From contig CAVVHE010000005.1 of assembly GCA_963748015.1 (NCBI GenBank), forward strand, positions 288,001-352,000: a DNA stretch of 64,000 nucleotides, in the 5' to 3' direction. This DNA comes from Terriglobia bacterium. Lineage in GTDB: Bacteria > Acidobacteriota > Polarisedimenticolia > Polarisedimenticolales > JAIQFR01. Positions 18,660 to 28,435 of this stretch are shown one piece after another. Within the stretch, counting starts at the first letter, position 1, and every line of letters starts with the position of its first letter. The position numbers and the translations under genes were made by a program. Below the pieces are notes generated by a model that worked only from the letters and a program-made list of their open reading frames with translations, was not told the DNA's origin and made no database searches.

Positions 18660-20096
18660 TTACAGGTAGCCGAACTTCTTCATCTTGTAGCGGAGCGCGT
18701 CCCGGCTGATGTTGAGCAGGCGGGCGGCGTGCGTCTGGTTTCCCCTCGTCCGCTCGAGCGCCTGCTTGACGAGGTCCCTCTCCACGTCCTCGAGCGTCAC
18801 CCCCGTGTCGGGGAGCCGGAAGGAGCCGTTCTCGTCCTCGCCTTCAGCGGTCTCGTCGCCGGCCGGGTCCGGCCCGGCCGCGGCGCTCGTGGCCTCTCTC
18901 GCCACTGGGGACGTGCGGTGGACGATCTCCCTCGGGAGATCCTCGATCTCCACCTGCGGCTTGTTCTCGAGGATCATCGCCCGCTCGATCACGTTGCGGA
19001 GCTCGCGGATGTTCCCCGGCCAGTCGTAGCGCATGAGGCACTCGAGCGCCTCGGGACTGATTCCGTGGGTGTTCTTCTTGAATTCCCGGTTGAACTGGTC
19101 CAGGAGATACGCGACGAGGTGCGGGATGTCCTCCTTCCGCTCCTTGAGCGAGGGGAGATAGATCGGGATCACCTTCAGGCGGTAGTAGAGGTCCTCGCGG
19201 AATGCTCCCTGCCGGACGGCCTTGTCGAGGTCCCGGTTGGTCGCCGCGATGATCCTGACGTCGACCCGGATGTCGCGGCTGCCGCCGACGCGCTTCATCG
19301 TCTTTTCCTCGAGGAAGCGGAGCACCTTGGCCTGCAGCGCGATGCCCATGTCGCCGATCTCGTCCAGGAACACCGTCCCGCCGCTCGCGAGCTCGAACAG
19401 CCCCTTCTTCTGGAGCTTCGCGTCGGTGAACGCGCCACGCTCGTGGCCGAACAGCTCGGACTCGAGAAGCGTTTCGGGAAGCGCCGAGCAGGTGATATTC
19501 ATGAACGGCTTGTCGGACCGGTCCGAAGCGAAGTGGATCGCCTTCGCGACGAGGTCCTTGCCGGTCCCCGACTCCCCTTGGATCAGGACCGTGGTGGCCG
19601 CCGATTCGGCCACCTTCCGGATCATGGTGAAGACGTCCTGCATCGCGGCGGAGCTGCCGATGATGTTGGAGACGCCGTAGGCGTGCTTCTGCTCGGACCT
19701 CAGGCGCTTCACCTCGCGACGGAGGCGGGTGGTCTCGAGAGCCTTCTGGATCGAGGCGAGCAGATCCTCGTGGTCGAACGGCTTGTTGACGTAGTCGTAC
19801 GCGCCGAGCTTGATCGCCTCCACCGCGTTGTGGATGGACGAGTACGCCGTCATGAGAATCACGGTCGTGTCCGGGTAGAGGTCCACCGTCCGGCGGAGGA
19901 CCTCCATCCCGTCGATGTCGGGAAGCTTGTAGTCCAGCAGGACGAGATCCACTTCCTCGTCGCGAAGGTGGTCGAGCGCGGCCTGGCCGGTCTCCACCGC
20001 GCTGGCCTGGTACCCCTCCTTCTGGAGGCGCTCCCGAAGCGACCAGCGGATGAGCTTCTCGTCCTCGACGACCAGGATCTTCTCCCTGTCGCTCAA
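18660..20096 (-). CDS. Sigma54-dependent response regulator (NtrC/AtoC family)
   Basis: Receiver ILVVEDE...LLDYKLP; AAA+ GESGTGK, ELFGHERGAFTDA, WPGNIREL; Fis-type HTH; TTG start inferred. Confidence 0.95.
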   Translation of the reverse strand: MSDREKILVVEDEKLIRWSLRERLQKEGYQASAVETGQAALDHLRDEEVDLVLLDYKLPDIDGMEVLRRTVDLYPDTTVILMTAYSSIHNAVEAIKLGAYDYVNKPFDHEDLLASIQKALETTRLRREVKRLRSEQKHAYGVSNIIGSSAAMQDVFTMIRKVAESAATTVLIQGESGTGKDLVAKAIHFASDRSDKPFMNITCSALPETLLESELFGHERGAFTDAKLQKKGLFELASGGTVFLDEIGDMGIALQAKVLRFLEEKTMKRVGGSRDIRVDVRIIAATNRDLDKAVRQGAFREDLYYRLKVIPIYLPSLKERKEDIPHLVAYLLDQFNREFKKNTHGISPEALECLMRYDWPGNIRELRNVIERAMILENKPQVEIEDLPREIVHRTSPVAREATSAAAGPDPAGDETAEGEDENGSFRLPDTGVTLEDVERDLVKQALERTRGNQTHAARLLNISRDALRYKMKKFGYL

Positions 20097-20103
20097 GCGT
20101 GCC

Positions 20104-21471
20104 TCATGAGTTCCTGGGGAACGCGAGGACCACCTCGGCCCCCCCTTGGGGCGCGTTGCCGGCCCGGATCGAGCCGCCGTGCGCGTTGACGATGTTCCGG
20201 ACGATGGCGAGCCCGAGGCCCGTCCCCTTCGAGCGCGTCGTGAAGAAGGGCTTGAAGATCTTGTCGGCGATCTCGGGAGGAATCCCCGGCCCGTCGTCCC
20301 GGACACTCACGCGGACCTCCCCGGCATCGGCCTCGGTGGCCACGACCACGGTCCCCTTGAAGTCCGTCGCCTGGAAGGCATTGAGCAGGACGTTGAAGAA
20401 GACCTGCTCCATCTGCTGCGGATCCAGGAGGATCTCCGGCATCGGGTCGGCGTACCGCCGCTCGACCGCGACCCCGCGGGCCTGCGCGTCGCCGATCAGC
20501 ACCGCCAGGACGTGGTCGATCACGTCGTTGATGCTCGTCGGCTCCGGCTTCGTCTCCCGCGGCTTCGAGAACAGGAGCAGGTCACGGAGCGTCCGGTCGA
20601 GCCGGTCGATCTGGCGGTGGACCTCGGTGGAAAGCTCCCGGCGAGGGTCGTCGATCGCGAAGATCTCGCTGATGATCTCGCAGGCCCCGCGGATCCCCGC
20701 CAGCGGGTTCTTGATCTCGTGGGCCACGGAAGCCGCCAGCTCGCCGACCGCGGCGAGCCGCTCGGCCTCCACCAGCTTCGCCTCCATCGCCTTGATCTTG
20801 GAGACGTCGCGAACGATGCCGGTGCTTCCGAGGTATTCCCCTCCGGCGTCGAAGATCGGCCAACGTGTGATCCGCACATCGAGACGGTGGCCGTCCTTGT
20901 GGAGCCGGGTGACCTCGTGATCCCGCACCGCCTGCCCCGACCGGACGATCTGCTCGACGCCGTTGAAATCGGCAAGGGCCTCGGGCTCGGGCGGGAGCAG
21001 GAGTTGCGTGCTCCGCCCGACGATCTCGTCCGCGGTCCAGCCGTAGATCTCCTCCGCGGCCCGGTTCCAGGAGGTCACGCGCTGCTCCGGGTCGATCGTC
21101 ACGATGGCCTCCGCCGAGCTCGAGATGAGCCGGGAAAGGAAGTCCCGCGTGGTCTCGAGCGCCTCGTTGTGGGCGTGGAGCTTCGCCTCGTACTCGCGCC
21201 GGTGTCGAAACGCGAGATACGCGATCAACGACGCCATGATCAGGCTGATCGCGGAGCCCCGGAAAACGGCGTACGCGACGTGACCGAACTCGGAGAAATT
21301 CTCTTCCGCCGCCGGGTCGACCCACCGCGCGACGACGACCAGGACCGCCATGAGGACGGGGGGAAGCACCATGAAGTGCCAGAGCCGTACCCCGTTCCGG
21401 AACAGGAGCCCTTTTCCCCGCTCCTCCCGGGCCTCGCTCCAGGCCTCGACTCTCTTGGCCGTCGGGTTCAA
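20104..21471 (-). CDS. PAS-domain sensor histidine kinase
   Basis: Two TM segments, PAS (WNRAAEEIYGW), AHEIKNPL H-box, N/G1/F/G2 boxes. Confidence 0.95.
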   Translation of the reverse strand: MNPTAKRVEAWSEAREERGKGLLFRNGVRLWHFMVLPPVLMAVLVVVARWVDPAAEENFSEFGHVAYAVFRGSAISLIMASLIAYLAFRHRREYEAKLHAHNEALETTRDFLSRLISSSAEAIVTIDPEQRVTSWNRAAEEIYGWTADEIVGRSTQLLLPPEPEALADFNGVEQIVRSGQAVRDHEVTRLHKDGHRLDVRITRWPIFDAGGEYLGSTGIVRDVSKIKAMEAKLVEAERLAAVGELAASVAHEIKNPLAGIRGACEIISEIFAIDDPRRELSTEVHRQIDRLDRTLRDLLLFSKPRETKPEPTSINDVIDHVLAVLIGDAQARGVAVERRYADPMPEILLDPQQMEQVFFNVLLNAFQATDFKGTVVVATEADAGEVRVSVRDDGPGIPPEIADKIFKPFFTTRSKGTGLGLAIVRNIVNAHGGSIRAGNAPQGGAEVVLAFPRNS

Positions 21472-21590
21472 CTCGTCGCTCCCGGCGCGCCGGCCCTCGC
21501 CGGTCGTCGCCCTGCCCCGGGTCGCGGGGCGGACAGGCTGCAGCGCGCGTCAAGAAAACTAAAGGGATCGCATTATAGTCGAATCGGCCC

Positions 21591-21612
21591 GGGTGCGCCA
21601 TTTGGCGCACCC
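21591..21612. promoter_or_regulatory. 10-2-10 palindrome, candidate regulator binding site
   Basis: GGGTGCGCCA-TT-TGGCGCACCC in a divergent intergenic region; minus-strand TATAAT at 21577-21572. Confidence 0.55.
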
Positions 21613-21671
21613 CCTTCGAGCTTTGAAAAGCCGGGCCGGCGGTCTATGCTCGGGGTCTGCGGGAGGTCGTT

Positions 21672-22514
21672 GTGGGCCGAACACCTCGAACGTGGCGTGT
21701 CGCAGCCGTCCAGATGACGTCCACCGACGATCCGGAGCGGAATCTCGGCGTCGCGGAGTATCTCGCCCGACGCGCCGTGGATGCCGGCTCGAGCCTGGTG
21801 GCTTTTCCCGAGTACTTCTCGGTCATCCCGGCGGAAGGGTCGCCGTCGCGCCACGCCGAGCTCCTCGAGGGGCCGCTGACGCGCTGGCTGCGAAACCTCG
21901 CGACCGAGCTGGACACCTACTTGCTCGCGGGGTCCTTCCTCGAGAAGAACCCGCGTGGCCGCCGCGTGCACTGCACGTCGGTGCTCGTCGGGCCGACCGG
22001 GGAGATCCTGGCGACCTACCGGAAGCTCCATCTCTTCGACGCCCGGCCGAACGGACGGGAAGCGATCTTCGAGTCGCGCACCACGGCCGCCGGCGAGCAC
22101 CCGGTGACGGTGGACACGCCCCTCGGACGGCTCGGCCTGTCGGTCTGCTACGACCTCCGCTTTCCGGAGCTGTACCGGCACTTGGCGCTCGACGGAGCGC
22201 AGGTGCTCTTCGTTCCTTCGGCCTTCACCGAGTACACCGGGCGCCACCACTGGATGCCGCTGCTGCGGGCGCGCGCGATCGAGAACCAGTGCTGGGTGGT
22301 GGCACCCGCCCAGGCCGGGCGCCATAATCCACGGCGCGTCTCCCACGGTCACACCGCCGTGATCGATCCGTGGGGCGACGTGGTGGCGTTGCTCGAGAGC
22401 GGGGAGGGCGTGATCTCGGCGGAGATCGACTTCGAGAAACTCGACGGGATCCGCGCGAGCCTCCCCTGCCTCGAGCACGCCCGCCCGGACCTGCTCGGGC
22501 GGGCGCCTAGCTGA
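21672..22514 (+). CDS. Carbon-nitrogen hydrolase (Nit1/deaminated-glutathione amidase-like)
   Basis: E-K-C triad: FPEYF, YRKLHLFD, SVCYDLRFPE; LLRARAIENQ. Confidence 0.92.
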   Translation: MGRTPRTWRVAAVQMTSTDDPERNLGVAEYLARRAVDAGSSLVAFPEYFSVIPAEGSPSRHAELLEGPLTRWLRNLATELDTYLLAGSFLEKNPRGRRVHCTSVLVGPTGEILATYRKLHLFDARPNGREAIFESRTTAAGEHPVTVDTPLGRLGLSVCYDLRFPELYRHLALDGAQVLFVPSAFTEYTGRHHWMPLLRARAIENQCWVVAPAQAGRHNPRRVSHGHTAVIDPWGDVVALLESGEGVISAEIDFEKLDGIRASLPCLEHARPDLLGRAPS

Positions 22515-22530
22515 GCGCGGGCGAGGGCCG

Positions 22531-22995
22531 ATGTTCTGTCCCGATTGCGGCAGTGAATACCGCCCCGGCATCGAGCGGTGCGCCACGTGCCAGGTGCCGC
22601 TCGTGGAGCGCCCCCACGCCGCCGCCCACGCCCGCGCGGCCTCGCAGGGCTCGCGCGGGTCGGACTGGGACTCCGAGCCGCTCCTGACCTACTGCGGCTT
22701 CCTCGCGCTCGACGAGGCCCGCCACGCGCGCGACAGCCTGCGACGAGAGGGACTCCGGGCCGAGATCGCGATCCGCGAGGCTCCAGGGTCCGATCTCCGC
22801 GATCCGGTCGAGGAAGAATACTGGCTCCGGGTACCGGCGAAGGCGTTCGAGGCGGCCTCGCGGATCCTCGGCTACGACGAGGCGGAGGACGCGCACGGTG
22901 CCTCGGACGCGCCGTTCCTTTGCTCCGCCTGCGGGGAGACGGTTTCCGCGGACGCCTCCTCGTGCCCCCGGTGCGGCGAACGGTTCGAGGACTGA
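22531..22995 (+). CDS. Hypothetical protein with N- and C-terminal zinc ribbons
   Basis: MFCPDCGSEYRPGIERCATC...CSACG...CPRCG. Confidence 0.8.
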   Translation: MFCPDCGSEYRPGIERCATCQVPLVERPHAAAHARAASQGSRGSDWDSEPLLTYCGFLALDEARHARDSLRREGLRAEIAIREAPGSDLRDPVEEEYWLRVPAKAFEAASRILGYDEAEDAHGASDAPFLCSACGETVSADASSCPRCGERFED

Positions 22996-23720
22996 TGGGA
23001 GCACGGGTCACGCCCGAAAGGCCCGGCCGCTTCGAGACGGTGCTCCTCGATGCCGGGGGAGTGCTTCTCGACCTCGACTATGCCTACCTGAGGCGCCTGC
23101 TCGAGGCGCGTCGCCACGAGACCACGGAGGACGCCCTTGCGCGCGCGGAGGCGATCGCGCGAACCGAAGTGGACCGGCACGTTCGGGACGGCGGGCGGTC
23201 GGGGGAGGCTTGGAGGGACTACTTCCGCATCCTGCTCGGGCGCGTCGGGGCGCCGCCCGCGATTCACGAGGAGCTGATCGACGCGCTCTGGGAGGCGCAC
23301 CAGCGAGTCGGTCTCTGGACCGTTCCGGTGCACGGGGCGCTCGCCGTCGTCGCGCGGCTCCGCGAGCTGGGTTTCCGCCTCGGCGTCGTCAGCAACGCCG
23401 AGGGGCGGGTCGAGAGAGATCTCGAGTCCGCCGGGTTCGCGGGCCTCCTCGACACCGTGGTCGACTCGCATCTCGTGGGGGTCGAGAAGCCGGATCCCCG
23501 GATCTTCGGCATCGCCCTCGAGCGGCTCGGCGCGAGCGCTACGACCGCGGTGTTCCTGGGGGACGTCCCGTCGATCGACGTCGCGGGGGCGCGCGCCGCC
23601 GGCATCGCACCGCTGCTCCTCGACCGGCACGATCTCTACGCGGAAACCGACGCCCCGCGGCTTCGAAGCCTGGAGGATCTCCCCTCCTGGCTCGAGGGAA
23701 CGGCGCCGGCCGTCCCCTGA
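22995..23720 (+). CDS. HAD-family hydrolase
   Basis: LLDAGGVL, VVSN, GVEKPDPRIF, GD...DVAGA; TGATG overlap with upstream gene. Confidence 0.9.
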   Translation: MGARVTPERPGRFETVLLDAGGVLLDLDYAYLRRLLEARRHETTEDALARAEAIARTEVDRHVRDGGRSGEAWRDYFRILLGRVGAPPAIHEELIDALWEAHQRVGLWTVPVHGALAVVARLRELGFRLGVVSNAEGRVERDLESAGFAGLLDTVVDSHLVGVEKPDPRIFGIALERLGASATTAVFLGDVPSIDVAGARAAGIAPLLLDRHDLYAETDAPRLRSLEDLPSWLEGTAPAVP

Positions 23721-23766
23721 CGGTCCCGCGAACGAGAAGGGCAGGCGCGGCCGCGGCGCTCGCCGG

Positions 23767-24597
23767 TCAGAACGTGTAGGCGTACCCGATCTGCAGGCGC
23801 CCGTCCGGCGCACCGTCGGTCAGCCCGACGGAGACGGCGCCGCGAATCATCCCCTTGTTCAACGGACGCCAGTTCACGCCGACGAGGAGGCGGAAATCGG
23901 AGTCCGCGCCTTCCCAGCGCTCCGACTCCATGTTGGCCTCGCCGACGAGCCCCACCTGGTCGGACACCGGGAAGATCAGGCCCATGCCGACTATCGCCGA
24001 GGTTTTCCCGTCGAGCGAATACCCCAAGAAGTGTCCGTCGGAGTTGATGCGGAAGCCGAGATGCGCGGCGAGGGTCGCCTCGGTCATCCGATAGCGCATC
24101 GCGCCGAATCCCTCTATGTTGAATGCGTCGTAGCCGAGGCCCGCGGTGTCGTCTCCGGTCGGGACCGTCGCCAGGGCTCCCACCACGAATTGGGACTTGC
24201 CGCTGCCGCCCACGTGCCACTTGCCCCAGATGTCCATGTCGGTGGCGCCGTTTCCGTCGGGGAAGTCGCCGTCGGCGGAGGAGCTCCCGAAGCCGACCCG
24301 CCCACCGAACTCGAAGCCTTTCAGCGGCTGAAAGGCCGCGTTGATCATCAGCGCGCTGACGTCCAGGTGGCCATCGGAAGGCGGCTGGCCCGACGTGAAC
24401 TCGAAGCCCCCCTCCCACCACTGATTCCGCACGATCGCGGCGTCCTCCGCGAAGGACTGGAAGAACCGCCCGTCGTCGGAGGTCGCCGGGGCCGGGGCGG
24501 AGCCCGCCGCGCTCGCCGCGCCGGAAAACGCCAGGGCGAGAATGAGGGCCGACAAGCTGTAGAGCATCCTTCTAGCTGCGCGCGGCTCGAACGTCAT
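23767..24597 (-). CDS. Outer-membrane beta-barrel protein
   Basis: AAGGAGG SD, signal peptide, alternating beta-strand pattern, C-terminal YAYTF. Confidence 0.8.
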   Translation of the reverse strand: MTFEPRAARRMLYSLSALILALAFSGAASAAGSAPAPATSDDGRFFQSFAEDAAIVRNQWWEGGFEFTSGQPPSDGHLDVSALMINAAFQPLKGFEFGGRVGFGSSSADGDFPDGNGATDMDIWGKWHVGGSGKSQFVVGALATVPTGDDTAGLGYDAFNIEGFGAMRYRMTEATLAAHLGFRINSDGHFLGYSLDGKTSAIVGMGLIFPVSDQVGLVGEANMESERWEGADSDFRLLVGVNWRPLNKGMIRGAVSVGLTDGAPDGRLQIGYAYTF

Positions 24598-24847
24598 GAT
24601 CGCGAACCTCCTTATGGGGAACCCCGGCGGGCTCCCGACCAACGGTCTCGGGGAGCGCCGCCCCGAAGTCGTACGCCTACCCTTCGGGGCCGCCATTGTG
24701 TCGACGGCATCACGACTTGTCAAATGCAAGACGCGCGCCGATGTGCGGAGGCCCGCAGTGGAGCGCGGAAGCGCGCAACGTGGCGGGATTCCGCGGTCCC
24801 ACGGTGGTATAAGTTACCGATTTTGTGTACAATTCGGATGGGAATCC

Positions 24848-24864
24848 TTGGCATGCCTCCTGCG
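24848..24864 (+). promoter_or_regulatory. Sigma54 -24/-12 promoter for the Rrf2 gene
   Basis: TTGGCATGCCTCCTGCG: GG-N10-GC spacing; AT-rich tract upstream. Confidence 0.6.
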
Positions 24865-24901
24865 AGGTGCGCCACGGGAACGAACCGAAAGGAGGCCCGC
24901 C

Positions 24902-25417
24902 ATCGGACTGCGTCTAACGAATGCCGGCGACTATGCGATCCGGGGCATGATCCATATAGCCTCGATGGCCGAGGGTGCGGTCGCTCTCAGGAGTGACATC
25001 GCCGAGGCGCAGGGAATTCCCCCGAGCTTCATGGCCAAGATCCTCCGGAGCCTCGTGCGGGCGCGGCTGCTTCGCTCGTCCCGCGGCGTCCACGGAGGGT
25101 TCGCGATGGCGAAGCCCGCGTCGAAGGTCACGCTTCTCGACGTCGTCGAGGCGATCGAGGGGCCGCTCTCGCTGACCAACTGCACTCCGGATCCGGCGGG
25201 GTGCGCCCGGTCGGAGGATTGCCCCGCGACGTCGGTCTGGCTCGAGGTGCAAAAGAAGATGGCCGAGGTCCTGAGAGGCACCTCCATCGAGGATCTCGTT
25301 TCGAGCCAGAAGCGGTCCCGCTCGGCCTCCTCGCACGCGGGCGAAGGCGAGCGGCGGTCACACGGACGCGAGCACTCGGGCAAGGCGCTCGCCGACCTCG
25401 CGAGCCACCGAAGATAG
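24902..25417 (+). CDS. Rrf2-family transcriptional regulator with three Cys (probable Fe-S ligands)
   Basis: LRLTNAGDYAIRGM, IAEAQGIPPSFMAKIL, SSRGVHGGF, VTLLDVVEAIEG, CTPDPAGCARSEDC; start apparently non-AUG. Confidence 0.88.
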   Translation: MGLRLTNAGDYAIRGMIHIASMAEGAVALRSDIAEAQGIPPSFMAKILRSLVRARLLRSSRGVHGGFAMAKPASKVTLLDVVEAIEGPLSLTNCTPDPAGCARSEDCPATSVWLEVQKKMAEVLRGTSIEDLVSSQKRSRSASSHAGEGERRSHGREHSGKALADLASHRR

Positions 25418-25744
25418 GTCCGCGTTCGGGAAGAGAGCCGCCATCGCGGTCGCGTTGACCGCCTCGATTCGGATCTTGCCGCCGGGAACCGCGCGGACCA
25501 CCACGTTGCACGGGAGCATCAGCCCCAGCTCGGGCTCGATCTCGAGCCCGCGGTGCGCGAGTGGAGGGTTGCACGCGCCCAGGATCACGAACGGGGTGAA
25601 GTCCACCCCGAGCTTCTCCTTCATCGTGGCCTTCACGTCCACCCGGGTGAGAATGCCGAACCCTTCTCTCTTGAGGGCTTCCTCGACCTTCGCGAGGGCG
25701 GCGTCGAAAGTCAGGTCCACGGTCTTGCCGGTTCCGATCTCCAT
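25358..25744 (-). CDS. DUF302-domain protein
   Basis: GFGILTRVDVKATMKEKLG..ILGACNP.LAH..L..EP.LGLMLPCNVVV. Confidence 0.88.
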   Translation of the reverse strand: MEIGTGKTVDLTFDAALAKVEEALKREGFGILTRVDVKATMKEKLGVDFTPFVILGACNPPLAHRGLEIEPELGLMLPCNVVVRAVPGGKIRIEAVNATAMAALFPNADLSSVAREVGERLARVLASV

Positions 25745-25780
25745 GATTGCCTCCCCGCGGCTCGAAGTCCTGAACTGCTG

Positions 25781-25972
25781 CTAATCCGCCTTCACCCCGG
25801 CCATCTTGAGAATGCTGATCATCGGGCACCAGCCGGTGAACGCCGACTGGAACAGGTTGAGCCCCACGAAAACGGTGAAGAGATAGAACCACGGGCTCGC
25901 GAAATGGCCGAGCGCCACCGAGAGCACGACGAACAGCCCCGCGATCATCCGAAGCCAGGCATTGATCCCCAT
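25781..25972 (-). CDS. DUF2892/YgaP-like small membrane protein
   Basis: LRMIAG...FVGLNLFQSAFTGWCPM. Confidence 0.88.
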   Translation of the reverse strand: MGINAWLRMIAGLFVVLSVALGHFASPWFYLFTVFVGLNLFQSAFTGWCPMISILKMAGVKAD

Positions 25973-26072
25973 CGCATCCCTCCTCTTGCCGGCAGCCTCG
26001 TTCCGCCGGTCTTCACGAACCAGAAGATGCAAGCGGCGGCGCGGGGATACGCGCCCCGTGGCCACGACCGGC

Positions 26073-26339
26073 TCAGCCCCGCTTGTTCCCGCGGTGCCTC
26101 TCGTAGGCCTCGAGACAAGCCTGCCGCACCTCCTCGGGCAGGGTCGCGCGCTTCAGGCTTCCCACGTGGGCCACCGTCGTTCGGAGCGACCGCAGGAACC
26201 GGACGCAGGGCTCGCAGTCGTGGAGATGGCCCTCGATCTCGGCGGACGCCGGCTCGCCCAGCTCCCCGTCGAGGTACTCGGAGAGCCGCTCGAGCATCTC
26301 GCGGCACGACGCCGAGCCGTGCTCGTGGGGGGAGGTCAT
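26073..26339 (-). CDS. zf-HC2 (ZAS) anti-sigma factor, soluble
   Basis: C.E..ERLSEYLDGEL...IEGHLHDCEPC (HxxxCxxC); overlaps the sigma gene by 4 nt. Confidence 0.9.
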   Translation of the reverse strand: MTSPHEHGSASCREMLERLSEYLDGELGEPASAEIEGHLHDCEPCVRFLRSLRTTVAHVGSLKRATLPEEVRQACLEAYERHRGNKRG

Positions 26340-26944
26340 GCCTTCCCTCCGGCGGCCCGGGCCGAGGAGAGGGCCGCCTCGAGCCGCTGCCGCACCATGA
26401 GGCGCGCGCGGTGGAGGCGCATCTTGACCGTCGTGACGGGCAGCGAGAGGGCTTCCGCCGTCTCCTCCGTCGAAAGTTGCTCCATGTCCCGCATGACGAG
26501 TACGATGCGATAGTGGTCCGGAAGGTCACCGATCGCGCCCCTTACCCGTTCCTGAATCCATGTCCGCTCGAGGTCCTCGTCGGGCAGCGACCCCGGGTCG
26601 GGGATCTCGACCCCCGGCCCCTCGCCCGGACGCGGCGCCAGCTCCTCGATCGACAGCTCCCGCGCGGGTTCGTACTTCCCCTTCCGGCGCTTCATCAGGC
26701 AGGCGTTCGACGCCACCCGGTAGAGCCACGACCGGAGCGCCTCGGGATGTTCGAGGTCCTTGAGCGAGAGGTAGGCCTGGAGGAGCGTATCCTGCATGAC
26801 GTCGCGGGCGTCCTCCGACTCCCCGCACACGCGCCGGCCGAAGCCGTAGATCCGGTCGCCGTAGGCGGCCACGAACCCGTCGAACGCCCCGGGCTCGTCG
26901 CGCCGGATCCGCTCGAGCAGCGCCGCATCTTCCTCTAGGGCCAT
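26336..26944 (-). CDS. ECF RNA polymerase sigma factor
   Basis: EDARDVMQDT, SWLYRVASN, YRIVLVMRD..QLSTEETAEAL..PVTTVKMRLHRAR. Confidence 0.93.
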   Translation of the reverse strand: MALEEDAALLERIRRDEPGAFDGFVAAYGDRIYGFGRRVCGESEDARDVMQDTLLQAYLSLKDLEHPEALRSWLYRVASNACLMKRRKGKYEPARELSIEELAPRPGEGPGVEIPDPGSLPDEDLERTWIQERVRGAIGDLPDHYRIVLVMRDMEQLSTEETAEALSLPVTTVKMRLHRARLMVRQRLEAALSSARAAGGKA

Positions 26945-27069
26945 ATCGAGGGTTCTCCCGGCCGGTCATGGTACCACCGCGTTCCCTCGGGGACCGGGCG
27001 GGAGTATCCTCGCCGGAGCCCGCTGCATCCTCACGTGGGGCGGCGAAACGCCTCGCCGGGAGACACCGC

Positions 27070-28434
27070 ATGAAGCTTCGTCCGATCCTCGTTGCACAGG
27101 CACTCGCCGCGGCGGCCCTGCTCGACGCCGGCCTGCACGCGGCCGAGCTTCTGACCCCGGACTCGGCCGTCGCTCTCGCTCTCGCCAACCATCCGGTCGT
27201 CCGCGCCGCGGACCGCGACCTGGACGCGGCGGTGGCGGACGGGAAGCTGGCGCGGAGCGGCTGGCTCCCCCGTCTCGACCTGACCGAGGACTGGGTGCGC
27301 TCGACGAACCCCGTCTTCGTTTTCGCCTCGAAGCTCGGCCAGGAGCGGTTCGCGATGACCGATTTCGACATTGCGGCGCTCAACCACCCCGACCCGTTCA
27401 CGAACGCGGCGACCCGGGTGGTCCTGCGACAGAACGTCTGGGACGCGGGGAGAACGCATCTCTACAAGAAGGCGGCGGGCTTCGGCGTGGACGCCTCGAC
27501 CGGCTCGCGCGAGCGGACGCGCGAGGAGGTGGCGTTCGGCGCCACGCGCGCCTTCTGGGACGCCGTGCTGGCCAAGGAGTTCGTCGAGGTGACCCGTGCG
27601 GCCGAGGCGGCGGCGAAGGCCAACGCCGACCTCGCGAAACGGCACGAGGAGGCGGGACTCGCGGTGGCGTCCGACCGGATGTCCGCGGAGGTGCGCCTCG
27701 CCGAGGTGCAGGCGATGAGGATCCGCGCGGAGCAAGGGGCCACGGTGTCGCGCGCCGCCCTCAGACAGGCGCTCGGAATCGGCGAGGACCGGGAGTTCGA
27801 GCTCGCTCCGGCGGAGCTCGAGCCGGGGCCGGCGGAAGGGGACGTGGAATCGCGCGTCGCCGAGGCGCTCGCGAATCGGCCGGATCTCCGTTCGCTCGAC
27901 GCGAGGCTCGAGCAGGCGGCGGTCGGCGAGAAGATCGCCCGCAGCCACCGGCTGCCGGAGATCGGGGTCGGCGCCCAGGCCGAGTGGAACGGGAGCAACC
28001 TGCTGGGAAACGACGGCAACAACTGGAGCGCGGGCGTGTCGGTGAGGTGGCCGGTCTTCGACGGTCAGGAGACCACGGCACGCGCCGCGCGGGCGGCGGC
28101 CGACCGCGAGAAGGTGGTGGCCTATCGCCAGGCGACGTCGGAGGGAGTACGCCTCGAGGTCCGCGCGGCCTGGGCCGACCGGACCTCCGCCTCGGAGCGG
28201 CTCCTGGTGGCGAGGTCGGCGCTGACGCAAGCCGAGGAAGCGCTTCGGATCGTCCGCGACCGTTACGACGAGGGGATGGCGGTGATGGTCGAGCTGCTCG
28301 GCGCGGAGGCGGCCAGGACCGCGGCCCAGGGGAACCGGGCCGCCGCGTCAAGGGACCTGGCGATCGCGACCGCGGCGCTCGACCTCGCGACGGGACGCGG
28401 AATCGCGGCCGCGGCAGCGGTCGAGGAGCGTTGA
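27070..28434 (+). CDS. TolC-family outer membrane efflux protein
   Basis: Signal peptide, ALANHP/ALANRPDL repeats, WPVFDG, RYDEG...ELL.AE. Confidence 0.9.
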   Translation: MKLRPILVAQALAAAALLDAGLHAAELLTPDSAVALALANHPVVRAADRDLDAAVADGKLARSGWLPRLDLTEDWVRSTNPVFVFASKLGQERFAMTDFDIAALNHPDPFTNAATRVVLRQNVWDAGRTHLYKKAAGFGVDASTGSRERTREEVAFGATRAFWDAVLAKEFVEVTRAAEAAAKANADLAKRHEEAGLAVASDRMSAEVRLAEVQAMRIRAEQGATVSRAALRQALGIGEDREFELAPAELEPGPAEGDVESRVAEALANRPDLRSLDARLEQAAVGEKIARSHRLPEIGVGAQAEWNGSNLLGNDGNNWSAGVSVRWPVFDGQETTARAARAAADREKVVAYRQATSEGVRLEVRAAWADRTSASERLLVARSALTQAEEALRIVRDRYDEGMAVMVELLGAEAARTAAQGNRAAASRDLAIATAALDLATGRGIAAAAAVEER

Positions 28435-28435
28435 G

